This document shows, piece after piece, positions 38,721-50,388 of a DNA stretch of 64,000 bases; within the stretch, counting starts at the first letter, position 1, and each line of letters starts with the position of its first letter. A model generated the notes under the pieces. It searched no databases. It saw nothing but the letters and a program-made list of their open reading frames with translations, and was not told where the DNA came from. The translations under genes were made by a program, and so were the position numbers. Source of the DNA: Iphione sp. A-MEVVRFRX5 (taxonomy: Eukaryota); NCBI GenBank assembly GCA_976226885.1, contig OZ320316.1, positions 57,970,001 through 58,034,000 of the forward strand. The letters run 5' to 3'.

Positions 38721-38821
38721 AGTTCCATAGGATCGAGGTCGCCATGGCTACATGCTCGGTTGCTTGGTGAATCAACGGTTCATATACATGCATAAATAAT
38801 ACTATTTATATACTCTGTATA
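38681..38821 (-). repeat. Split direct repeat A1 (141 bp)
   Basis: Matches 34674-34814 with 7 substitutions by manual alignment. Confidence 0.95.
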
Positions 38822-38986
38822 TACATCGCTACTTTCTAAAATAGTCTGCTCATGTTAAATCGTATCTTCATGGAATATCAAATTTATATTCATGTGTAAT
38901 GACATGCCTTGTGACATGCTGTTATGTGTACTATCATTAACTGCGATGTTCTGTACCCTGCAGCCAATATTATGCTCATTGTTCTA

Positions 38987-39655
38987 CACTGATAATCTGA
39001 GGCCTTGAATTCTTAGTCATTGGTGACTAACTTTCTTAGGTCAAAATGACGGTGCCAAAAGTGACCTAAGGATGTTAGTCACCCTTAGTCATATTTGACT
39101 AAGAGTATTAGTCATGTAATTTCCAGGAATCTATACTTTATCTTAGTCAAAATGACTAATCTTACATGTTCAAATTAACTAATATGTTAGTCAGAATTTC
39201 TATTTTTTTTTTTACTAACCTCTTAGTCAATTCTACTAACTTACCATAGTCTATACAGAATAATACCTTAAATTTGAAATCACATTGGATGAAAAAACAG
39301 TTGAGATCATGTCAGCCGAGTAGATATGATTTCTCACATAATCACAAGTAATTAACAGATTTGAATGCAATAAAGCTTTAGAGAAACCTCAAGGCCTACC
39401 TGATAAGACTGTCCCAGTTGCTTGTCAGTTCAATGAACATATATAGAAGAAACATAACAAAATATCCTGATTATGATTTGTCATTTTTCAGGTATGGTGG
39501 AACAGGAACTTGTTTTATCAATCTCCTCATTAGAGAGTCCCACAAGCAGATTAGTTATGAGCAACTAACAGCACTGGTCATCATGACTATCTTCATGAAG
39601 TCTAACTCAAGATAGTCACTAGTGACTAAGTTTCACAGGGCTCAGATTATCAGTG
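38987..39655. mobile_element. Non-autonomous TIR element with CACTG termini and TTAGTCA/TGACTAA subterminal repeats (CMC/EnSpm-like MITE)
   Basis: About 45-bp imperfect TIR (CACTGATAATCTGAG..CTTAGTCA); at least 11 copies of TTAGTCA/TGACTAA; no clean TSD. Confidence 0.7.
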
Positions 39656-42655
39656 ATAGTAAAGTGACTGCAAGAGAGCATTTCAGTCTGATATACAATA
39701 AAATGTATGAAATCACTACTTTGGTACTGTAATTCATAGTTAGCCTGGAATATGCCTTGTATGGTCATCCCAGCATGATCCTGCGTTGGTATTTGGGACA
39801 AATCGCGGGTGACCGCGGACGTGGCGGGGGGCCCCTATCTACCTGTCACTGCCTGTCTAACATTGCTGGCACGGGCGTGGCAGCTATCAGACATGGTCGA
39901 CAGGGGTGAAGACTAGTCGGCAATGTTTGGCCGACCAGGGTTGACATCGGCCTTCGACAGCGGGACGTCAAAAATTTGTCACCCTACACACCCTTTCATC
40001 CAGATCCAGCCTTCATGAATGCTCTCAGATAGCCGTGAGGAAAGGAGGAAGCCATGGAGAACGATGGGCAGATAAAACAAATTGGGGACGAACAACGAAA
40101 AATAGAGTAGTAAGTAGTGAGAAAAAATAAAGAATGGTAGGAACTTTCGTGTTATGCATAGAATTGCCTTTCAGATAACGTCCTCCTCGGAAAGTCCAGA
40201 GAACTACCATCGACCGTAAAGTATTTGGAGAGATGGCCAAAAATGTATTGGTCACTGGAGTAATAAAAAATAGGCAGTTCAGTACAGGGACCTCTTATAT
40301 TGCCGTCTGTAAACCAAGGACATCTCCAAACACCCATAACACGCGGCTGACCGTGTGTAACAATTCCCTGCATGACCGCACTGCACTCGTTTGGCTGTTA
40401 AGTACCCCATCATCGGATAGCACAATCAGCCTTGAATTCAACCTATAACCCTACAGCACCTGCTTATTTAGAGAATCGCCTTAGGTCTGCAGGCCCATTA
40501 GTAAAATATCGGTGCCAGGATGTATCGTTGTCATAGAATACAAAGCCATGCAAGGGAGGTGGTGTTATTGGTTCGTGTATTGTCTACTAGGTGGCAGCGC
40601 GAATAACCCTTGCACATTGCACACACGACTTCTGGCTAGGATTGTTGTTTTTTACACCATTTAATTCAAATTCTTCTTTCCTCCATTGATATTGAGACAG
40701 GCCAAGCATACCACACAAAAGGAAAAATCCCCACTACCAATTAATTCAATGAATTTTAGTCGTATACAACACGGAATGATGGACATAAGAAGGACACGTT
40801 ATTAGGATAATATTATAATACATACCGGTGAATTTGCGAGTTGCAAATCAACAAAGACATTTCATCCATCTTTCAGCACATGGTGATATCGATGGAAGCT
40901 TGTGCCATGCTTGAAATTTTCATGAGGGCGTTTGTGCAGACGTCTCATTCATTTTCATCGCTTTGACATAGACACACTTGGGCGAATGGCTTCAAATTCG
41001 CTTATTCTGCCTCCTTCCTTTCAGCACTGACATTTCATGGGTGCTGAAGGATGGGACATGTGGCGCTGTTATGTAGCTGATTCCTTTACCTCTAAGCAAT
41101 GATGTATGGATTGTGCTTTCAATCGCGGCTCGCCGAGTACGATGGCGTCGAGGAAGCTACATTCGGCGCCCACCCCACCCCACCCCCCTAAAAATACACG
41201 AATGAAGGGGCATTGCGCACACATACAAAATAGAAGAGGCGGGATTCCCCGTACGAGAGATGATCATACCATCTGGTTGTCGAACGGCCGACCCCCGCAC
41301 CATGACGGCCCATCATGCTGCTGACGGCCGTGTGCTATTTCAGTGATAATTTCGCTGTGATGGGTGAGCCTGGTACTATCATACGCTCCAATCATACCGC
41401 TCACTAGCACATGTTCATTTTATGACAACAATAAATGTGTACACATATTGGATCTCCAACAACCTCATAATATAACTCGCTGCTTAATTTCTGATAAATA
41501 AATGAAAGGTTTTCTCTAATTCTTAGTGTAGACGTGCAGCACTTCATAGTTGCAATATAGTTTTCATTCTATTACGTTACTGGCAGAGGTGTTGTAGAAC
41601 TTTGATTTCATCAGCTGCTGCTAACTTGTTCTGAAAGGGCGATAGCTCATGGCACTTGCGTCCCGCCTGCATCTTGTAACTGGCTTGCATCTCTTATGTA
41701 CCGAGCCAAAGGATACAGAGGAAGGGAGGTGGGATTGGGGAGACCCTGATGGCAGGCACTCTCTTCCTTCCGGCCAAGCAGCCATTAGCGATCCAAGGTT
41801 GACCGAAGGCGAACCACCCGCCCTACGCCTGCCACAATCCCTCTTCCCTTCAGAGCGCCGATTCAAACTTGCTACCTTTTTGCCTGCGTGTCTGAGGTAA
41901 GCGTGTGAAGTAGCTTGTACGTGTGCAGCACTCTGTGTGCCTATGTGCGTGTGTGTGCGTGTGTTGATCGTTTGGTGAACTAAGAGCGCATTTAGGTCAG
42001 CTTATGTCTGCCTAGGGTATATATGAAAATTTCCCATCGCATAGCTTTAATCAAATAACATAAAAGTAGACAAATGTTCGCGGGTAGATAGCGTTACATC
42101 TGGATCAGCCATAAGTATATATCAAAGTCAAAACGGGAAAGGGCGTTCGACCGGATTCCGCAGTAATATAGAGGCACACCTACACCGTTGACCAACATTA
42201 CAGCCGTTAGTATATACAGCATATCGCGCTGTTTGGCGCGAGCACAGGAAGCCGTGTGGCTGTCCCGACGGGCTCCTGTGGCCAACTAGGCATGGCTGAT
42301 AGCATTCTAACATGGACCATGAGCGGTTGTAACGAATTGCTACTGGGTCGGCAGGCTGGCCCACAACAGAGTGACGTGTAGCTTTAGGGACGTGTGCTCG
42401 GGGAAGTTGCTCCCCACTTAGGCAAGTGACCTCCGTCCCACAAATATGCTGCCAGGGATTAAATAGCGAGCGACACGTGTGGGATTCACGACTCGCAAGG
42501 GTGTAGAAATAGCAAGGCTCGGCGCTCATGGTTGGGATGGGGGTGGATAAGGGAGAACTGCTCGCATTGAGTGTCATATCACCGCGCTCTGATGCTGAGC
42601 GCGAGAGAATTACACTCGTGGGTCGGTTGTGGGTCGTGATAGCTGGTAGTAGGTG

Positions 42656-42703
42656 GAGAGAGACAGAGAGACAGAGAGACAGAGAGACAGAGACAGACAG
42701 AGA
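42656..42703 (+). repeat. (GAGACA/GA)n microsatellite
   Basis: Direct reading. Confidence 0.9.
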
Positions 42704-43859
42704 GCGGTTGGGAAGAAAAACGCGAAGACGTAGGAGGAGGACGGATATACACGTGACTCCTAGTTGCAATAACAGGATGCCGGTCGCCGTGGAGGTTACT
42801 GCATGGTCACGTGGTCAAGGTGCGACTAATAGGTGTCGTGACTTAGAGTCCGACTCAGTTGACATCAATTCGTCTGATAAATTGACTGGGAATGTGATGG
42901 TGGTCGATACGGAAAATACTGGTGTAGATATTATAAACGCCATTAAAGTTAACAAAATTCGAAGCATTGTAATGGTGATAACATCGCCTTGAGTACAATG
43001 GAAACCTTTCCTACGAAATGCGCAAAATAGTAGACGTCCGCACTTATAAGGAATTTACTAACTTACTATGCTTAAAGCTGGCTTTCAAGGGCAGCAATTT
43101 TGCTATATACATGCATATATATTGGACTAGACGTGGCTGCTATGATGGGTCATTGTCTACAAGACTGTGTACAGTCGAATGACACTTTGCGATCATACCA
43201 GAATGTGACCGAAACAGTTAATACGGCCAAACGAGCTGGGTATGGAATGCGGGCAGACTACTACCCAACCAGACCACCCATCTTAGGGTCGTTTCTATAG
43301 GATTTAAGTATCGCAAAGTGGGCCGAGGTGATTGCTAAGACGTCCTACCTCAAAGGATTGAAAGTTTATTCATTGTCTAACACGTGACCAGAGGTGTCAG
43401 CACGGCCTGTCAGAGGTCCTAGCTCAAAGTGTTGTAGAGATATTCATTGTCTAACGTGCAACTAGCACTTCATACAATGCGCCTTTAGGACTATTAAATG
43501 TTAAATTTTTCATCTGACTCATCAAATTCAGCCCCTTTAGGGCTCTTAATTACTTGATTATATCATTACCATGAAACATGAGCTTACACTACATTGCAAC
43601 CAAAACCACTAATGCGACCATAATGGAAGGTCGGTCGCATTGTAGCATTTGACTCTACATTGAAGAAGGGTGTCAGTGTCTTATCTATCCTCTATCTCAT
43701 TCTTTCTTTTTCTCTATAACTCTCTGTCTACTTCCCTTTCACTCTGTATTGCAGATTTGGAACAGGTTCGCACTGTGTACTCATTGCTATTCATAGTGTG
43801 GAAGAGGAGGTGGGCTACCCTGTGTGGAAGGGGACTGAATTCTGTGACCTGCTGGAAGC

Positions 43860-43990
43860 CTGCTTGGCCCAACCAGTAATGCTAGGGGCCCAACCAGTTA
43901 GACAGGGGCCCAAGCAGTTTTAGTAAGGGGGCTTTTGGGGCCCAAGTATTTGGTGGGGGACCTGACTGAAATTGTATAGGGGCCCAAATG
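43860..43990. repeat. Cluster of five GGCCCAA motifs, probable MITE subterminal remnant
   Basis: Motif at about 43867, 43888, 43907, 43938 and 43980; no TIR partner found. Confidence 0.45.
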
Positions 43991-46827
43991 GTGTACTTGA
44001 TGTCCTCAGGTCTGATTGACAAATAAGTCAGACAAAAGTTATATTGTATCAACTTTATTTCATCTTTGGATACATTGGTCTGGTCACATGGCATGTGTAT
44101 CTACTATAAATATGGGTCCTGTGTGGCCAATAAACCAGTCTGCACTTAGAGCTACCTTGTGGAACTTATCTCTCTGGGAATGCTAAGGAACCCTTAACTA
44201 CTTGGAGCTACCATTAAGGGATCCAGTGGGATAACCAATCGGATTAACTGAAGGAGTACTAAGCCAGGAATAGCAGCACTATAATTGGATTATTTTCAAG
44301 TAGAGCGACAACACGCATTAAATTACAAAAGTCTTATTTCGACAGTGTTGCATTAATTAGACATCATATAAGACTACAACCAGACAACATGAAACCGTGC
44401 AGTTTATCTCTTCCATATACCTAATCCCGATGAGACAACTTCGCTACTGACAGATGCTTATGAATACATTTCATAACCAAAATCTTGATACCCTACCGCT
44501 AATTATTCTTAGAGATTATTTAATCTAAATACATGTCTGTACAAACAATTGTTTACCTTAGAAATTGGCTTCATTTATATTTAGGTAAATTGAACTATAG
44601 CTAACTCAGAGATGAATGAACACGTCTCATTCCACTAGAGATGGGCGTTCTGACTGTAAGTAGTATAATGAGATATGCTTTTTATTCAGTTAAATTCAGT
44701 AGTAGTACAAGGAAATGTTCCCCTGAAAGACACTTCGAGGCCTCTATGTGAATTATTTTCATTTAGACGTAAACCGAATACTTGTGACGCACTCATTTTT
44801 AATCTGAGTATTTGCTATTCTTAAGCGAATGCAGCAAAGCTAAAACTTAATATTGTTAAAATTATTGATTTTGCCTACGTAAATGTTTGAAATTCCCCGA
44901 GAATGTGCTCCTTTGAAGTGTTCAAACCACGTAGGACATCAATACGACCCGTTTTACCCCTAAAATGTTCTTTTAATTTGAACATCATTATGCGTCATTT
45001 ACTGAAGAGTTAAAAAATAGCACTGCAGGCGACCAGCTAAGGTGGAATGGCCAGACGCCCAAATTGCTGCCGTGGGTGTAATTCTATTTACCCGTGACAT
45101 TTTGAATTCCCTAGAGCTTTCTCGAAAGGCTCAGTTTCCTTTCACCATGCCAAACTTAACGAAAGACAGTAGAAAGGTTGTGAAAGTCTAGACGACGGGA
45201 AACGGTTACCATACTACAAAGATATAAAACCTACAGATTTTCCTATCCCAGCCTACTTAAGTATTTTGTTTTCTACCCCCACAGCAAAGTTCATTAATGG
45301 TCAAAATACACAATAAATGCAATGAAGTTTAGAATGCGACCGTTTCTTCATTTACAATTGACCTATCCCTGGAAGGCTTGAACATTCTCTCTCCTCTCTT
45401 AACTTCAATTGTTGCCCCCACTAAAAAGCTTGTACATTTCCATGTTCTGGACACCTGACCTTTTACAAAAGCATTCATAGCCAGTAAGTGTTTAGTAGCA
45501 CCTGCAGGTGAAACTGGACGTTGTGTAAGCTTCCCAGGTTTGGGCTATTTGCAGACGGGATCCATAGGCCCATTCAACCAAATACTTTGACAATAAAAAT
45601 GAATGTATGATGCATGCAACCTTTATTATCTCTCTTCCTTTCAAAGTAGACTTTCAGGTATGCCGATATCCCTCATTAACAATAAGAAACCTTTGTCTTA
45701 GTCAACCAAAAGAACAGACTTAGATTTGTACTTTTGGACGATCTGATACACAAGTGATCATTCTTGGTCGCACGTACATTTTACACGGCGTTCCTGGATT
45801 ATACAGGCCTCATCCCTGTGTTTACCCGATACTAGTGGCTCCTTTTCCATGCCCTGTCATTGGGTGGGCTCCTGAGGGCCTTCACACGGGGACAGTGCGA
45901 ATTGGCACAGGCACGTTACACTCTCCAGACGCCCAGGGTTAGACCGGGTCAAGAGCTTAGAAGAGGTCAGGGTCACATCCTCGGCGACACTGCGTGCAGG
46001 GGACACTCTCCACCAAAGGATGACGCTCCTGCCCACGGGGATCGATGCCAAGGGTAGAGATTGATTAGCCTTGGACAGAGGCCTCCAGGGTCACCAAATT
46101 TATCGAGGCATATTTTAGAATAAAATTAAAGCAGCTGTCACTGCCGCTACTGGAACGGGACGTTTAAGACCACATAGTCCCCGCGAGTGCCTTTTATGGT
46201 GGCCTTTCGTACCGTCGTTGAGCTTGCGGACGCATAGCTTCCATGCAGCTCGCTACATGCCCTTGATCTTCAGGACGTGGAAGGGGAAGGATAAAAGGTG
46301 AAAGTAAGATCAACCATTGGCAACAGCACTTATGAGCTTAGGAGCTTTCTTGCTGTAATCCTGGATAAAACAGAGGATTTTAATGAGTTCAGACGGGTAT
46401 ATAATTATTCGTATGGGTTCATCACCCAAGGTCAATTATGCGTGGTACACATACAAAGTACAGTTAGATGTCACTATCTTGCTACTTCTAGTACCCTCGC
46501 TATTCCAGTCACAATTAACTGGAACAGAATGGTGTCCTCTCTAATCTGATATGTCAATCCCTCAGTATTCCAGGCATACGTCCTGATAAAAAAGACTCCT
46601 TACCTGATCAGCTTGGTCATCCTGCTTATATCATTTTTCTTGTCTTCTTTCACCAAAGATAAGGATCCCTTAGGTGCTATCCCCATGTATGTGGGTTACC
46701 CGGCCGGGGCCTGGTGGTGTGTACAGGGGGAGGACTGTACCATTGTATTAATTTATTATTTTTTATTTTTTCACCAGTGTGCTTCGCACGATTTTCGATT
46801 TTTCATACTTTGACAGCACACTGGTTA

Positions 46828-47340
46828 CCTACCTTATATAAAAAGGCATCATTTCTGAAGTTCCAGTTCAGTTTCAGAGTTATGATTTTACAGCCATGCA
46901 AAGTTTCACTGCTGACTCGGATAAAATTTAAGTCATTTTACCGCAAATCACGTAATCACCGTAAAAAGTATGTCATTTTCATCGCAAGTCAGTGGCAAAC
47001 ATTTTCATGGATACAGCATCGCTACCAGTGGTCATAGAAACGTGTTCGACAGCTCATTCTCTTCCTTATGTCCTTAGCTTTCATTTGATGGGTATTATGT
47101 TAAAATCCGATCATGAGAAGTGGGTATTTTGGGCTTGGAATGTTGCCATATAAAAATACGTCATTTTACCGCGTCATTTTACAGAGCGTCCTGATTCCCA
47201 TACCTTAAGTTTGCTCGAAATCGGGGCAAGGGTGCCAGGAGAAGCACCAAGGTACCAGTCTATAAAATGGCAGCCACCTCACCTTCTGGAATGCACTCGA
47301 ACCGGATCTTCCGGAATGATGCCTTTTTATATAAGGTAGG
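46828..47340. mobile_element. Unclassified MITE with about 40-bp TIRs and TA flanks
   Basis: TA|CCTACCTTATATAAAAAGGCATCATT ... AATGATGCCTTTTTATATAAGGTAGG|TA; internal GTCATTTT(ACCGC) repeats. Confidence 0.8.
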
Positions 47341-50300
47341 TAATTAGAACTATTTGCATGTATGCAGGTTGTCTGGACCTGGTCCTGGTGGAGGGCAACC
47401 CAATCGGAGATGGTCGGGTCCACTTGGGCCTGCTACCTGTTCCATTCTGGGAATTGGCATTTAACATATATTTAATGTTGGACATATATTAATCCTTTAA
47501 AATTTGTGACCTAATTTTCATATCATTTACATACAACCTACATAATTTCCAGCAATATGCCTCACTTTCAAGAAAAAGCCACACAATTTCCACTGATATG
47601 CCTCATTTTCAACAAAAGGAATCTATTCTATTCTCTGATATTAATTTGAAAGAATTAACATAACATGTTGAAGTACACCTGAACATATGTTAAAACAATA
47701 TATATATATCCCCATACATGGGGATAGTGGTCTGCCACCAGTGGCAGGCTGGTATGGAGTCTGCCCCTGAGACAAGTTTTTAACCCGTGTACATTGGGCT
47801 ACAGCCTTAGTTTCAACTCCCTCACTGTTCCACCACTCTCCCTTTTGCAGACATAATAACTTGGAGCCAGCCAGTGATGGAATAGCGAGATTTTACACTA
47901 CATATTGAAAGATTGGTTACACTCTCTTAAAATTGTGTGTAATATAAATACATATGTAAAGAGAGAGAGGAAGAGAGAGAAATGAAGATACATATTCGCT
48001 TAACCCCACTTCATTAGTAACTGAATTGCGTATGTCAACTAACTGCATTGACATTATTGTGTCACGTCGTATAACTCAAATGTAAAGTTATGAGATGGTA
48101 ATGTAAACTGAGAACAATATAAAGCATATCTGAATGAAGCATGGAGCACATGTTTCTAATCTTGGTTGTTAATTAATGCTCTTCAATGTAATATTGTAGG
48201 AAGTTAAGTTGTTATTTTGTTTCCCTGGATCTACATGTAACCTAGAATTTTGTTCTTGGAACGCACCGCCGAATATATGTACATTTACACGTACTCTTAT
48301 CTGAATGTAGTTTCGCCGCCCTCCCTCCCACAAAAATCTCGTTTAGCTTAGAAACCGAAACTATATTGCACACGAGGATACACAACTGTGGTCGGCTGAG
48401 TGCTAGCAAGTGGGGAAATATATCACAAATTACAGACTTAACTGTTTCGGACCCACAAAGCACTCAGTGCGCACTCTATACACGAAGAAAGCCTTGACGC
48501 TTTAATACATGGAAACGAGGATATACGCAAAGCCACATAACTGACTCAGCACAATAGAGACGCCACTGTCAGGCTGTATCTTATATGCCATGACAAGAAT
48601 GGCTGCTTAGCAGGTATGGGAAGCTGAAGCATATTGAAAATTGTTCAACTTCCATACAGTTATTTCCAAGTGGGCGTGGGTAGTATCTTTATTCCTGGCA
48701 TCAGTATTGTTAATTAAGAATCGACACGCTGAATCACACAACGGAGAAAAATACTACTCATTGCATCTATTGTCGTGCATTATAATTATATAAACATTAT
48801 TTTACCGCACTTCATGTTCGCATCCATAAACATCCATAAAACTACAATACATATGAAGTACCAGACCAAACGTAACTTTAGTATGAATATCAGGCTTTCC
48901 TAAAGTATTTTGGTTAGCTTTAGGCATTGTGCATCATAACTGCCGTTGGAGATTTAGGTGCACCACACTTTCAATGGATCCATTGCTACGCAAGACATGC
49001 TGCTTCCATATTTACCGTCTTAACGATAATGGGGCTCAAATAATACAACTGAATTATAAATTGAAATGATATACACAGTAATGAGTGCTGTACCTACGCT
49101 GCTGTTCTGCATGCAATGCACGGGGATGGATATCAAAAAACCATCAATAGGATTAAATATGCATGTGATACTTTTTGTACTTTACAAACAAGGGAGTCAA
49201 TAGACCAATTATAACCAACATTAACGCCGCCGCTATGTCCAGACATCATTTCCATCTGTTAGGATTTCGATTGTTGGTGAGAAGAATTAGCTTGCTCGCG
49301 GAAAACGTTCACACTTGCTGAAGAATCCACGTCGTACCTACTCGGCGGAGCGTATATCATATATATTCAAACATAAATCGCAGACAACGAGAGGGCAAGA
49401 ACCTCTTCCTCGTCTCCATAACAAAAACGCAGGAAAACGCTAAAACCGTCCGAAACCTTTCACTTCTCCATCCCATTCCCTACTCACGAGTGGCCTGGGA
49501 CGGATCATTGTTAAAGGCAAGGGTAAGGGATGGAATCATATATCGGTACATGAGCCACATCTGCACTGTACTTGCTTACCTCGGTGCAGCGAGGCAGGTG
49601 GTAGCTGCCAGATTTTCTCAGTGCTGGTTCATGAGGAGACCATATATGGCCGTAATGCTAGTCGAGGTCAGCAATTTTTCAAGGCCCATTTGTCTCCAGT
49701 AGGGAAGGCGGATGTGTGCGTCCACATTAGCAAGCAGAGACGGAAAGCAAAGAATACATATCTAGCATGCCGTGCTGTATCTTCCAACGGAATCATAAAG
49801 GATATTATATTTCGAAACATGTCCAAACGTGCCTTTTATTTATACATACCTTTCAGTTTACCACCAACATACCAGAGTTTAATAGATTATTTCACCTAAA
49901 GTCGTGATGCACGCGACATTCTGGTTGTTACCATTTTATGAGAGGTAATGATGTCACGCGTACATATTGATCTTCTCAAATAGTAATGGAACATTTAGAT
50001 GTTCCTTACCCTGTGTCCTGACCATCTGGCTGGCGTAAATAAATATCAAGTATATCGCCATACTGAAAAATGGTACATACTACCCGAATTTACGAAGAAG
50101 AGTATTTCAGATTTAAATGTGGAGTGTGATTTATTAGAAACACAAAGATTATTTTTCCACGTCTAAGAAATAATAGCTTGAGTAGAATAACATATCAATG
50201 GCGATAAACGGTTAATGCTATCCGACAATTCGTTTGAAGATAAAGTGGCGGTATAGAAATATTCGCTTAATAAGAAAGTAAACAATAAAGTGGATGAACA

Positions 50301-50349
50301 CACCAACAAAACACCTGTGTTGATTTTTAAGTAGGCTTTAATACAAGAA

Positions 50350-50388
50350 TTCCCAACGTTTCGGTGGTTTTGCCTTCTTCAGAAAAGT
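50350..50388 (-). ncRNA. Degenerate minimal type I hammerhead ribozyme motif (Penelope-like)
   Basis: The minus strand reads CTGAAGA-A-GG(caaaacca)CC-GAAAC-GTT; stem I pairs only weakly. Confidence 0.4.

Larger units (their letters stand above)
34604..38821 (-). mobile_element. Tyrosine-recombinase (DIRS-order) retrotransposon, Ngaro-like, structurally complete
   Basis: gag, RT/RNase H and YR in that order; split direct repeats A1..B1-A2-B2; no DIRS1-type methyltransferase motif seen after RNase H. Confidence 0.93.

Noticed and set aside
42128-42992. 213-aa (-) and 154-aa (+) ORFs
   Set aside because: Driven by the GAGACA microsatellite and GC-rich sequence; no recognisable domain.
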